From contig NC_083428.1 of assembly GCF_020745735.1 (NCBI RefSeq), positions 11,470,001-11,534,000 on the forward strand: a stretch of DNA of 64,000 nucleotides, read 5' to 3'. The stretch is from Hemiscyllium ocellatum. Lineage: Eukaryota. Made by a program: the position numbers and the translations under genes. Under the pieces are notes generated by a model. The model did no database searches, was not told where the DNA came from, and saw only the letters and a list, made by a program, of their open reading frames with translations. Position 1 is the first letter of the stretch. Every line of letters begins with the position of its first letter. Below, piece by piece: positions 50,891 to 63,569 of the stretch.

Positions 50891-51060
50891 CTATGACTAA
50901 CTTTTTTTTATCTCACAAATATACTTTATTCTTAACAAATATCTTTGTATAGTCACAAATGCAATTTGGTTCTGACATTAGCATATCAAGGGAAAAAAAT
51001 CAGACTTTGAACCTATCCAAACAAACCAAAGGCAATCCTTTGAACATACAAGACTATATT

Positions 51061-51160
51061 GGCCTCCATTCCTGATGAAGGACTTTTGCCTGAAATGTCG
51101 ATTTTCCTGCTCCGTAGATGCTGCCTGATCTGCTGTGCTTTTCCAGCACCACTCTAATCT
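51061..51160 (+). mobile_element. Single-arm family A unit with hammerhead motif
   Basis: ATTC-CTGATGA-AGGACTTTTGCCT-GAAA-TGTC-GATT; perfect 10-bp TSD AGACTATATT at 51051-51060 and 51161-51170. Confidence 0.88.
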
Positions 51161-51582
51161 AGACTATATTAACATGCATTTGAGACACTAAGGAAGATGA
51201 GTCTTGTTAGTGAAGGAGCTGTACCTGGGTACCTTTGAACCTAAGATGGCACTGTAAGTGGCAACTTATCAACTTTTCACTGTACACATTTGAATACATA
51301 GAACATTACACAGCAGTACAGTCCCTTCAGCCTCCCATGTTGCACCAACCTGTGGAAACAATCTGAAGCCCATCTATCTTAACTATCCATGTGACAATAA
51401 AGCTCGTTCAATTCAATTCAATGATACCATGCCTGATGGGTTTCTCGAGCATTTTCCACTTTTATTTTGGATTTCCAGCATCAGTAGTACTTTGCTGTTC
51501 TTTATATCCAATCATCTGGGGCTGTACACAATATGGCTGCTCCATTTCATCCATTCACACTTCAACGATACTTCATAGCCAT

Positions 51583-51710
51583 AAAATAAAACAAAGAGAC
51601 ACAGATGCTGGAGATCTGAAACAAAAACAGAAATTGCTGGTGAAACACAGCAGGTCTGGCAACATATGTGGAAAAAGCAATGTTAACATTTTGAGCCCAG
51701 TGACTCTTTA
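51583..51710 (-). mobile_element. PLE pLTR fragment, family D
   Basis: CAGATGCTGGAGATCTGAAACAAAAACAGAAATTGCTGG...CAGCAGGTCTGGC. Confidence 0.75.
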
Positions 51711-51881
51711 TCTAATACATTATATCCATGTTTGTTAAAGGAGTAAAGTGTTTAGGCATGTTCTGATACTGTGAATTGAACTACGTAAGTGTAAACCTGT
51801 CTTTCAATGTATACAAAATGTTCAAAATCTGTGTTTTAACAATGGAACTTTGTTGAAAATAATGGTGCCTTTCCTCATCAT

Positions 51882-52099
51882 CGAGGGTGTGGTGCTGGAA
51901 AAAGCATAGCGGGTCAGGCAGCTTCCGAGGAGCAGGAGAATCAATGTTTCGGGCATAAGCCCTTCACCATCTATTCCTGATGAAGGGTTTATGCCCGAAA
52001 CATCGAGTCTCCTGTTCTTCGATGCTGCCTGACCGGCTGTGCTTTTCCAGCACCACACTCTCGACTCTGACCTCCAGCATCTGCAGTCCTCACTTTCTC
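51882..52099. mobile_element. Palindromic PLE-derived unit, family A
   Basis: Plus arm ATTC-CTGATGA-A-GGGT-TTAT-GCCC-GAAA-CATC at 51973-52004; degenerate 14-bp TSD. Confidence 0.88.
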
Positions 52100-52129
52100 C
52101 CTTTACTGATCGTGTCAGATATGTCCCAC

Positions 52130-52605
52130 CTTTCTAACTTTCACTGGATCAAAATGCTGGAAATCTCTACCCAACAGCAGTGTGTTTGTTCCTACACCCC
52201 AACTCAAAAAGGCAGCTCACCATCACCATCTCCAGAGCAATTAGTGATGGGAAATAAATGCTGGCTCACCCAGCAATGCTGACATTCCATGGACAAATAA
52301 ACATACGTGGTGTCTCCAGCTTACTGATACTAACTTCTGAAAATATCTGCTGCAGCAAGTACATGGGAACACCACCAGCTTCTAAGGTCCCCTCCAAGCC
52401 AGGCAGCATCCTGACTGAAATATATCACCGTTCCTTCATTGTCACAAGGTCAAAGTTCAGGAATTCCCTCTCTAATGGCATTCTGGATCTATCCACAACA
52501 CATGGATGCAGTGTTCAACAAGGCAACTCACCACCACCTTCTCCAGGACAATCAGGAACTGGCAATAAAGGCTGGCTCAGCCAGCGATACTCATGTGAAT
52601 AAAAA
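52130..52605 (+). mobile_element. Two LINE-B 3' tails in tandem
   Basis: AAGGCAGCTCACCA...AATAAATGCTGG occurs twice. Confidence 0.75.
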
Positions 52606-52929
52606 CTTAACTGACAGCAAAAGATTGGCTGGGACTTCATGCCTGACCTCCCCTCATGAGACCTTAAGCATCATACCTGCCCATCACCCATCCAAACACA
52701 TCTAGTATGGGATTTTGGTACATTCAAAACACATTCACTTACATACCGTTAACAATGTGCCAGTCATCTCCTGCTAGAGACAAAGAGCCTGAAACAGAAA
52801 CTCAAAGACATAAGAAATAGAATCAAGCATAGGCCAATCTGCCCTTCGAGCTGCTTTACTCCTTCTACCTCATCTACACTTTGAGGAGCTATCCTCATGT
52901 TCTTTGGTTCCCATTGTATTTTTCAATCA

Positions 52930-53249
52930 TGGCACAGTGGCACAATAGTTAGCACTGCTGCCTCACGGCTCCAGAGACCCGGGTTCAATTCCCGCTTCAG
53001 GCAACTGTCTGTGTGGAGTTTGCACATTCTCCCTGTGTCTGCGTGGGTTTCCTCTGGGTGCTCCGGTTTCATCCCACAGTCCAAAAATGTGCAGGTTAGG
53101 TGAATTGGTCATGCTAAATTGCCCGTAGTGTTAGGTGAAGGGGTAAGTGTAGGGGAATGGGTCCGGGGAGGGGTTGCTCTTCAGAGGGTTGGTATGGACT
53201 TGTTGGGCCGAAAGGCCTGTTTCCACACTGTAAGTAATCTAATCTAATC
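52930..53249 (+). mobile_element. HE1-type V-SINE
   Basis: Full length, tail TAATCTAATCTAATCT. Confidence 0.93.
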
Positions 53250-54497
53250 TCTGACTTGAATGTGCACAATCATGGAGCACCCACAGCTCTCCAAGCTAGA
53301 GACTTCACAATACTTTGATCAAGGAAATTTCTCCTCATGTCAATCCTAAATGGTCGACACTATTTTCTGAGACTTTGACCCACTCATTTAAGATACCCCA
53401 GACAAGGGAAATGTCCTGCAAGCAACTCCGCAGCCAAACACCTTGGGAGCAAAAGCATCTGGTAAAATTGCATCTCTGTGCACCCTCAGACAATCAGAAC
53501 CCATCCTCAGGATCAGATTGGCCATACCAGTGATCATTGGCTGTGAAATCATTTATTTACCATAGGATTCAATCTCTGTTTCAGCTAAGAGGCAGTCCGG
53601 CTTCCTTTTGACTTCCTGTGGAAAGTCAGCCCACATCATATGAGCCAACAACACATTCCAGAGGTATAATATATTCTGGGGATGTGCTGTTGATGAGTGC
53701 GGAAGCATGAGAAGAAGAGTAAACAATTTACATTCTCTATTTCACATTTGTAATACAGTAATATCAGATGCATGTAAAATTCAAATCAACATATTCAGAT
53801 ACATTTTTTGATGGAGGGTGCATAGTAAATTCATCTCATTGACACTGAATTTTTTTTCCACTGACAATCAGTTTGGAGACAATTATAGTAGCTAGTTTGC
53901 AGATTACAAATTGTTCAATTCAGACTTTTAGATCAATTCCACGAGAGAAAACAAATCTGACAGACCTGCTGCTCCCATCCTGTAACCAAAGGCAAAATTG
54001 ATCAAGTTACTTTTAATCGACTAACATTGTTCTGAAAAGTGGTATTTATGTAATGGAAGCAATAAATAATAACAATATGTCAATAATCCAGCTAGTCACA
54101 GATTGAAATTCTTCTCATTGTCAGTGCACTGATCCTTGAATTTGAAAATGCTCTCCAATATAATTTTACTGAAGGAAGTAATAAATATCTTGTGGTGGAA
54201 CAAAGTTTTCCAATAAAAATCTAACCTAATTTAATTATTAGTGTGTGCAAACATTCACGATCATGTTCGAAAAACTGCTGACCTCTCAAACTATTCCTTC
54301 ATCAGCCACCCAGAATTTTTCTGTATCTTACCTGTTTTGGAGTAGGCTTTTTGGAAGGTTTCCCACCAGAGGCTGACAGAGGTTTCTCACCACATCTCAG
54401 CAAACTCAGCTCATTAACTGCCTCCAAATCCCCACCACAATCTGAATGGTGCCCTTCTAGCCCCATCAACTCGCCACTGTCGAGATATCCTGGACAA

Positions 54498-54705
54498 AGT
54501 TAAAAATCACACAACACCAGGTTATAGTCCAACAGGTTTATTTGGAAGCACTAGCTTTCAGAGCACTGCCTCTTCTTCTGGTAGCTAGTGGGGCAGGATT
54601 TATAGCAAAATATCACATTGTCATGCAATTAAAACGATATGTTGAACAAACCTAGATTACTGTTAAGTCTTTCATCCTTTAGAATGGGTTACAGGTTTCA
54701 GTTCC
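54498..54705 (-). mobile_element. Family B PLE fragment, single arm with longer upstream sequence
   Basis: AAAAATCACACAACACCAGGTTATAGTCCAACAGG; TATCCTGGA on both flanks. Confidence 0.8.
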
Positions 54706-54829
54706 AGAGTATCCTGGAACAGACTGATATCCCTGGTGCCGGTGCTGCCTTTAAAAGCCAGGACAACCACTGTTAGTCCGAAGCTCTCCTGCATGGTTCC
54801 TGACATTTGTCCCAGACATGACAGTCAAA

Positions 54830-55070
54830 GGAAATTAGTTATCCTGCTTTGTAGGTAGGGACCTGGGAGTCCTGGTGCACAGTGTGAAGCAGAGGCAGAA
54901 TATCCTCATTCCCCCAGTACTGGCAGAGGAGGTCACTGCTCCAGACCACACTAGCTTGGTCTGAGGTTGCTGGTTAGTGCAGTCTCAGCTACCTGGAGGA
55001 ACACAGAGCACTATTGGAAGAAGGTCAGTAATCTTGCCCAATCCCTTAGTGCAAGTGCCACAATCTTCCC
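54830..55070 (+). mobile_element. Harbinger-type Myb/SANT remnant
   Basis: F..RDL.VLV..V..R..IL...T..AWSEVA..VSAVS..WRN....KKV.NL. Confidence 0.6.
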
Positions 55071-56879
55071 TCTGATGCCTCATACTCACTCTTCCTCTAC
55101 CACTGTACCAACCTCCCATAAAAGCTCATGCTCTACCACTCTCACTGTTGCCTGCACTCACTTTCAGTCCCTGACACCATAAACCCTGCATGCCCTCTGG
55201 GCTGCCTCTAACTCTGTCGGAATGTCTCTCCAACAGTGCCAAAGGTAACAGCTATGCCACTCACTTTCACCTCCCTTAATATCTGCCTCTCTCTTATTCC
55301 AGGAGGGAAACAGCCCATTATGGGGCATAAAGAGGCACCTGACATTCAGCACCTCACAATTCTGGGGAGAGGATCCTGATTCTGACAACCTGAGTGGCTA
55401 ATTGACTGTGTCCAAGCTCTTAGACTGGTATCACAGGCACTCCTTGACTAACCATGCCATTTTCCCTCTGAAGTGAAGGCTATCTCCTTTGACTTGATTG
55501 AAGACTGCCGACAAAGATGAAAGCTTCCTGGATTTGTGTCTATGCCAAATGTCACGAAAGTACAGCAATGCTATGACTGTGGTATCTCTGGCTGAGGGGC
55601 AAAGGGCAAGAAAGCAAAGTAGGGTTGCTGTGAACATTGAGGTAAGCTCAGAGTGACTGACAGAGCAGTGGAAACTGATTAAGCTTCAACTTGCAAAGGA
55701 AATTTAGATTTCTGCCCGGAACAGATAAAATTGTGTAGCAATAGGAAAGAAGCTTAGCATGGGGCTAATTTGGTGAGCGAACAGGGAGTGGAGAAACAGG
55801 GGCTGTTCTCCTGGGTGAAGAGTGAAAAGAGAAGACTTGAATGTAAGGTTTCAAAACCAAGAGGCTGGGCAGAGCAGAAAGAGAGAAACTTCCCGTTGTG
55901 GAAGAGTCAAAAATGAGAAGACATTAAGTTAAGGTAATTAAGTTAAGGCAAAAAGAAGCAGCGGTGACATGACATCCATATGGTTTGGATCTGGAATGCA
56001 CTGCCTAAAAGTGTGTTGGAGACAGATTCAATTGAGGCTTACAAGGGAGAACTGGGTGTTTTTCTGACAGGAATTTTTAAAAAAATGATGCTAATAGGAA
56101 AAGTGAAATAGGTGAATGGTTCTTGGGAAGAGCTAGCGTAGGCCTTCTGCTATGCTATAACTATTTTATGACTCCCTGATAATTGTAGAGCTTTGTGCAG
56201 AGAATCAGATATGTCACAATGGGCTGAATGGCCTCCTTTATACTTTTATAAGTGGAAGGGCCTGAAAGGGCTATCATAACCTCCTGTGCACAGCAGGTAT
56301 CAAAATAGTGAACTTGGCCAAGGGTCTTCCTTCTGTCGCCATCTTCCCATCATTAGTTTAGCAGGAAGATGATTTACCTGCCTAACACAGGGGAAAGGCT
56401 CATGAAAACTTTCAACTGGAGTCTTTTTATGTAAATTGGGTTTGAAAACCAGTCATCACTTCCAGGCTAAGGAAGGAAGGGTTGTTGAAAGTGTTATTTC
56501 TGTCAGGCCAGGAGTAATCTGACTATCCACCAAAATAACCTGGGCAACTGATAACCCAGACAATCTGCTCACTGCATTCACCCTTCCCGTGCCCCATGGT
56601 TCACCTGGAGTCCACGATCATTGCTCCACACTGAATCTGGTCAGCTGCAATAGGTTGGGCAGATTGCCAGTATTAATAAATTGAAGTCAGTCTCTTGAGA
56701 TTGTCCAAGTCTCCGTCTGTGCCTCCCTGTTTTTCCACTAGCCATCTGTTAAAATACCCTCACAATAATCTAAAAGATGCAGCTGACGCCCCCATACATC
56801 CTGGAAAACATTTTCCCAAAGAGGCCACTGGAGTAGGAGCTCAAGTACTTTTTTGTCCTCTTCTTGCCCAAATGTACTG

Positions 56880-57280
56880 AAGTTTAGAAGAATGAGAGGT
56901 GATCTCATTAAGATTTTTAAGGAGCTTGACAGGGTAAATGCTGAGAGTATGTTGCCCCTCAAGGGAAAGTCTAGGAACAGAGGACATAGTCTCAGAATAA
57001 AGAGGCACCAATTTATGACTCAGAAAAAGAGGAGTTTTCTCTCTCAGAGGGTTGAGAGTCTTTTGAACTCCTTGGTGCAGACAGCTGTACATGCAGAGTT
57101 CTAATGTATATTAAAGACTGAAATAGATCGATTTTGATCAGTTGGGGAATCAAGCGGTTAGAAAGAAAGGGCAGAAAAGTGGATTGTGAGGAATTTTGGA
57201 TCTGTCATGATCCTGTTGAATGGCAGAGCAGTCTCCAGAGGCTGAATGGCCTACTTCTGTTCCTATTTCTTATCGTGTTA
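56880..57280 (+). mobile_element. CR1 LINE 3' end
   Basis: FRRMRGDLI..FK.LDRV; tail GGCTGAATGGCCTACTTCTGTTCCTAT. Confidence 0.88.
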
Positions 57281-57529
57281 TGACATTATGAGACAGTGAA
57301 TAGTGACATGATAGAGCATTTTCCTTTATTTCAGCAAAGGTCAAGTGACTGTGGCCTAGATAGGACATCAGGCATGAACTCTATGAGGGTCAATGCTATC
57401 TCATTTAAGGCTTGAGAACTGGATTCATTTTCATTGTATTGAAATTACTTCTGGTTTTGTACTCATTGCACTTTACATGCAGGGGTTGTGTAACGGATTT
57501 TACTTGGATTCAAATGGTGTGCAGTGTGT

Positions 57530-59240
57530 TTCTCTGCGGATACAAGGCTGGAGAAACCAAGCAGATCTGGCAAGAGAGAAACAGAATTAACACTGAGACT
57601 CTGGTATAACTTTTCTTCAGTCTGAAAGGTGTTGGAAAATAGGCTGTTCTTTACATTTTTGACAGAGGCAGAGGGGGATCCAGAGGGCACCTGTTAATAG
57701 TGGAGAAAGTAAAAAAGGGATGTGAAAATGGTATAAATTAAGGTGTAAAAGGGAGAGAATTGGTCCTTTCTACAAAGTGTAAAGCAAATAAGACACAATC
57801 AAGCTGTAGGGGAGGAGTAGGGTCATTGGGAGAGAACGTGAGAAAAGTGGACAAGAGACATAATGTAGTCGGTTTTAAAGTTATTGAATTCAATGTTGAG
57901 ATCCTCAGGCTTTAAAGTGCCTAAGCGGAAAATGAGGTGGTGTGCTTCAAACTCGTGTTAGGCTTCATTGGAAGACTCCAATAGGCCCAGGTCAGAAATG
58001 TGAACACGAGAGCAAGGCGGTTTCTAGAAATGGCAAGCAACTGGGAGGTCAGGGTCATTCCTATGAACAGAGTGGAGGTGTTCCACAAAGTAGTCACCCA
58101 GTCTGCAATTTCATTTCACTATTGTAAAGGTGACTGCATTGTGAGCAATGAATGCAGTAGATTAGATTGAAAGAAATACAAGTGAAATGCTGCTCACCTG
58201 GAAGGTGTGTTTGGGGTCCTGGACAGTGACAGGGGAGGAGGCAAATGGGCAAGTGTGACTGCACCTCTTTCCCCGACACTTTCTCCATTACCCTGAAAAT
58301 GTTTCTTCTTTAAGTCCGCTAGTCCTGTGCTCAAAACATCAGGTCTTGAGCACATGAAGATCAAGAGTGAGGTAACAATGCTGTACTGAAGGAAGTTCTG
58401 TCTTTTGGAAGAGTGTTAGGCTTAGGGTGATCCCTAATATGGAGAGGTTGCCTTATGTGCAAAGGATAAACAGGTCAGAACTCTATTCACTGGAGCTTAG
58501 CATGAGGAAGTGTTTGGAGTTATGGAGGCATGGACCCAGGTCTCACAGAGGGAACAGTTCCTGCAGAATGCTGGCAGTGAAGGGAAGGATAAGATATGTT
58601 TAATGGTGGCATCCTGCTGGAGGTGGCAGAAATGGCAGAGGATGATCTTTGAATGGGGACGCTAGTGGGTTGGAAAATGAGGACAAATTGTTTTGGGAAG
58701 AAGGGGAAGGGATGAGGACAGAAGTGCAGGAGATGGGTAGGACATGGCTGAAGGCACTGTCAACTACAATGGGGTGGAGTGGTGAGGGAACCTCAGTTGA
58801 GGATAAAGGAATCATGTTGGTGGCAGCTTGATGCCAGGTGGCATCATCAAAGCAAATGTGACTAAGACAAGCAAACTAGGAGAATGAATGGAATCATTGC
58901 AGGAAGCAAGGTATGAAGAAATGCAGCCAATGGACTTGTAAAGGATATTGCTGAGCAGTCTATTCTCAGACTGCTCCCCCCACCCCTCAAAGGAAGGGAA
59001 GGCAAAGTCAGAGATGGACCAGGCGAAGGTGAGGAAAAGATGGAAATTGGAAGCAAAACTGATTAATTTTTCCAATTCCGGATGAGAGCAGCAAATGAGT
59101 ACATTATCCATATTTGGGAGAAGGAAGAGATGGGCAAGTCCGAGTAGGGCTTAAGGAATGTCCCACATACCCCACAAAGAGACAGGCATACCTGGAATCT
59201 ATGCAGGTATCCATGGCTACACCGTTGACTTGGAGAATCT
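57530..59240 (-). pseudogene. Penelope-like element (RT, GIY-YIG and family D pLTR), decayed
   Basis: Minus-strand FTCISFNLIYCIHCSQC..LY.SE.K and ELEKLISFASNFH..LTF.WSISD; homologous to 46620-48740. Confidence 0.85.
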
Positions 59241-59537
59241 ATTGTAGTTCTAACAGAGGTATAAAGGGTTTACAGACGTGAGTACTGGATGGATTTTACA
59301 GAGAATAAAATTCAATCAAGCCAATGCTATTATGAAAGCAGATATAAGTGGAACTCTTCCTGTCACTTTCCCTGTTATTTGCCTAAATGCATAATTTCAA
59401 ATTTGCATGATTACTAATAGCTCCAAAGGCAGTCATCAACCTATCACCATTACAGCCATCACAATGTACTCACAATTACTCCCAGTATCATCAACATGGA
59501 TAATATTGTATTAAGCAATGTTAAGATTCATTAGCAC

Positions 59538-59633
59538 ATTCCTGATGAAGGGCTCTTGCCCGAAACGTTGATTTTCCTGCTTCTCGGAAGCTGCCTGACT
59601 TGTTGTGCTTTTCAAGCGCTACACTTTCAACTC
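59538..59633 (+). mobile_element. Single-arm family A unit with intact hammerhead
   Basis: ATTC-CTGATGA-A-GGGC-TCTT-GCCC-GAAA-CGTT-GATT at 59538-59573. Confidence 0.85.
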
Positions 59634-60499
59634 AGAGCTCTCCCATGCTGACTCTCCTTTCTCCTTCAATTCAGCTTGACACAGACTCAGATACAGCCTA
59701 ACATGGTCATATCCAAACGTTTCTCCTGTCACTGCTTCTTTGCTCTCCCTCATGCTTACAGTCAATCTGTCTGACAGTTAAACAGTACAAGCTGAAGGTA
59801 GTTACCAGGTTAGGTTAGAATCTAAAACAGAAGGAAGGTTAATGCTTTGGGACCATTCTAGAAAACAGTGGAAACATTGACCTGTCCAAGATCTTCACGA
59901 GCCCTAATATGTATTCCGAGCATCATCTGTTTTGACTTCAGAATTATAGTTTACCTTCTATCTTGCTTATCAAGCCCTTGGCTTCTGTTCTTCAGTTTCT
60001 CTCATATCTGAAGTTCAGCAATTTTTTTTTCCCCTTCCATCTACATTCTTTCATGCCTCTCTCTTTGCTGCTAGGTTTCACATTTTCCAAAACTCTTTTT
60101 AATCTATAACTGACACTTTTATTTCCCTCACCGGTCTATTCTGTGTCTTTTGTGTGAAATCTAAAACATCCCACCTTGCTTTCCTACGTTTTTACCAGTT
60201 CAGATTCTCAACAAATTTATTATTGTTACTTTTCGCGAACATGTTTGCATCTCTGGTGGCCAATTAAGGTTTGGAAATGGAACATAACCTAATCAAAGGC
60301 CTTTCAACCCTCCTTCTTCCAGAGGTCAGCTTAGAATATAGATAGCAGTATATGGCACAGGAGGAGATCATTTCATATATCTTACCTCTACTGGCTCTTC
60401 AATAGAATTAATAATTTATTCTCCTTCCCCTACACCTTCCCCATAATCCTGCAACTCTTTCCCCTTCAAGTCCCCAGGTCCCATGTTCAAAATGCTACA

Positions 60500-60725
60500 C
60501 GCGGAAAGTACTTTACACAGAGGGTGGTAGGTGCCTGGAAAGCATTGCCAGCAGAGGTAGTAGAGGCAGGCACAGGAGATTCATTTAAGGTGTGTCTGGA
60601 CAGATGCATGAGTAGATGGGGAGCAGAGGAATACAGATCCTTAGGAATTGGACGATAGGTTTAGACAGTGGATTTGGATCAGCTCAGGCTTGGAGGGCTG
60701 AAGGGCCTGTTCCTGGGCTGTAAAT
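60500..60725 (+). mobile_element. CR1 LINE 3' tail
   Basis: TTACACAGAGGGTGGTAGGTGCCTGGAA...GAAGGGCCTGTTCCTGGGCTGTA. Confidence 0.85.
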
Positions 60726-60834
60726 TTTTTTGAGATAGTGCCATGGGATCTTTGAACACTCAAAAAAAATTCACAGGTGACATACCAGTGCAACACTGAA
60801 GGAGGTGCTGTCTTTTGAATGAGGTGTTAGGGCT

Positions 60835-61265
60835 AGGATGATTCCTGGTGTGGAGGGATTATCTTAAGCGCAAAAATTAAAAAGGCTGGGACTCTACTCA
60901 CTAGAGCTTAAAAGAGCGAGAGGTGATCTCTTATAGGATTCTTAAGGGGCTTGACAGGGTAAATGCTGAGAGGATGTTTCCTATCATGGGAGAGCCGAGA
61001 ACCAGAGGGCATAATCTCAGAAAAAAGGGACAGCAATTTCAGACTCAGTCTTTGGAACTCTTTGCCTAAGAGAGCTGTAAGGGCAGAGCCTTTGTATATA
61101 TTTCAGACTGAGATAGATAATTTCTTGATTGTTAGGGGAATCAAGGGTTATGGAGAAAGGGATGGAAAGTGGACATGTGGAATATTGGAACAGTCATGAT
61201 CCCATTGAATGTCAGAGCAGGCTTGAGAGGTTGAATGTCATATTCCTATTTCTAATTCTTATGGA
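60835..61265 (+). mobile_element. CR1 LINE 3' end within a Deu-SINE
   Basis: LGLYSLE....RGDL...LKGLDRVN; Deu-SINE resumes GTAAAAGATCCCATGGCACTAT at about 61275. Confidence 0.8.
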
Positions 61266-61609
61266 TGGTGTGAATGTAAAAGATCCCATGGCACTATCTC
61301 AAAGAAGATATCAACCCAAAAGAATACAGATCTTCTGCTCACTATTACATTGCAGTTTCTGGTAGTTTACTGTGTGCAAACTGTTGCATTTCTGACATGA
61401 CAACATGGATAATCCTTCAAAAGTCCTCCACTGGTTGTAAAGCAGATTGAGACATCTAACTATCATGAAAGTCCATATGTTGTTAATTCCTTTTCACTTA
61501 TTATGGAATCTGAATCCACATCCTGTCAAGCAATGAATTCAATTTGAAGTCACTGCATTTACTTAATCTGAAGATGTGCTCCATCGCTGTGGCTTAAATT
61601 TCTGAAGTG

Positions 61610-61715
61610 TTTCTGAAGAAGGGTCACTGGACCTGAAGCATTAATTCTGCTTTCCCTCCGCAGACGATGCCAGACCTGCTGAGATTTTCTAGCAATTTCT
61701 GATTTTGTTTCTGAA
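61610..61715 (+). mobile_element. PLE pLTR fragment, family D, hammerhead with GAAG
   Basis: TT-CTGAAGA-AGGGTC-ACTG-GACCT-GAAG-CATT-AA. Confidence 0.8.
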
Positions 61716-63569
61716 TTCCTTTAAGGTTCGTTTTTGAAGAGAATTTAGGTTACTTGATGTGAATAAGAGAAAAAGGAGCAGCCAGCCTCACCACATCCCT
61801 GGCCCAACAAATAGTTGCAGAGGGAAGACAGGCTATGTCAGTGTAAACTGACAACCAAGGCTGGAGTACAGGTTGAGAAGATTTAAGTCTCTGCTGAGCA
61901 GCAGCAGTGTCTTTTAACGAGTGCAGGACTGAAAGTCGAGGGCAGAGGCAAATGTGAATAGTTTAGTTTGTGTAACATTACATAGCATAAACATTACTCA
62001 TTCATCCTGTTATACATTATTCAGGCAAAAGAAAGACACAAATGCTTGATAGATTCAGGCTGTTGCACAACGACAAATACACATAATAGTCAATCTCCCA
62101 TTGCCTTGCATGTTTGGGAATTGAAGACCAAGTGTAGCCTTCAAGTGAAACAAGGTTAGAGGCTTGGGGATAATTGGACCAGGGTGTGCAGATGTAATTC
62201 AGTCCTTCCACTAGCCGGAGGGTGTGATTACAGCCTGACAAGCTTTACATAAGTAGTCTCCATTATAACAGTGAGCGTAGGAATTTATAATGGAAAAAGT
62301 TGACGGGAAATGCATGCAGATGTAAGACTTGTAATATATTATTGATAGGTAGAGATACTGTGATATTAACCCTCAGAGTATCAATCCATTTCGAAAGCTT
62401 CATATTTGCATAGTACAATCATTCTTGTGCCTGAGTTTTCAGCCAAATATTTCTACTAAACAGAATTCTCAATTTCACTGTAAATATTCCCATTAAGGGC
62501 TGATTAAATATGGAATAAGCTACTGGAGATCAATACAGAGCCCACATGTTGGTGACAGACCTCGGTAAGGGATAATACCTTTATTTCCTTTTGAATCATA
62601 AACTGAAAAGCGGAAGTTGGATTGCTATTTGGCTAGGAGTACCAGGACAGTTTTGCAAGTTGCAGATGAAGTAGGATTGTGAAGTTGACACTTTCACTGC
62701 ATGTTTTACAGCAGTGAGTTTGGTACCTTACGAGGCAGAATGGCACCAGGAGTCTTTGACAGCCTTCAAACTGGTCCACTGCTGTTCATCACAGACTTGT
62801 GCATTATTATACCTGGGTATTATAGTAGCTGTATATAATTACAAATCTAGCTTATGGATATACATCCAGTTTCAGAGTGATAAACTAAAATCAATTAGTG
62901 AAACAAATGACTTAATATAAATAAAATGCAGTGTGAGGAAAAAGATCTTTCCTGGGTAGACACCAATTCATTTCTCTTGTTTAATTTTTCTTTGTCCACC
63001 TTGGGAGTTCTTCTGAACTACCTGGTTCATTGTGAGAAAAAGCAAAATATTCACTGATAAAATAGATTCATTTGTGAGACCTAAATTGCCATTAATCTGG
63101 TGAGTGGATTTTGATATTAAATATGGGATGCACATTCTCTCTGTGGCTCAGAGAAAGAGACATTCAGAAGCCTGCTCTCTTACCATCTTTCTCTGTGACT
63201 GAAAAAGAAAAACTTAATTGCTTTGTAGTACAGTAACCCATTCACGTTTACCATTGTTAAAAATAAGTTAGTTCACAAAGGAATTGAGTTATTTCCTGTT
63301 CATGATGAAACCTAATGTGAACTGCTTTTGCCCTGAATAGTAGTGTCAATCAGGTGAATTGATAATCTTGGTGGTTTAATTGGTTAATTACACATTTGTG
63401 ACAGCTTATGGAATAGTAGGGCTTGATTATCAGTGCACTCTTCCCAGTTGAGACAACACCTTACTCCGTGATCACACTCAGTTCCAGTTCCACTCCAGAA
63501 TCTTGGACACAAGAGCTTGACTGACTCTTCAGCTCATTCCTGAGGGAGTGCTACACTGTGTGAAATACT

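Noticed and set aside
52930-53010. tRNA genes at SINE heads
   Set aside because: A and B boxes run directly into SINE bodies, and no complete cloverleaf followed by a terminator is seen
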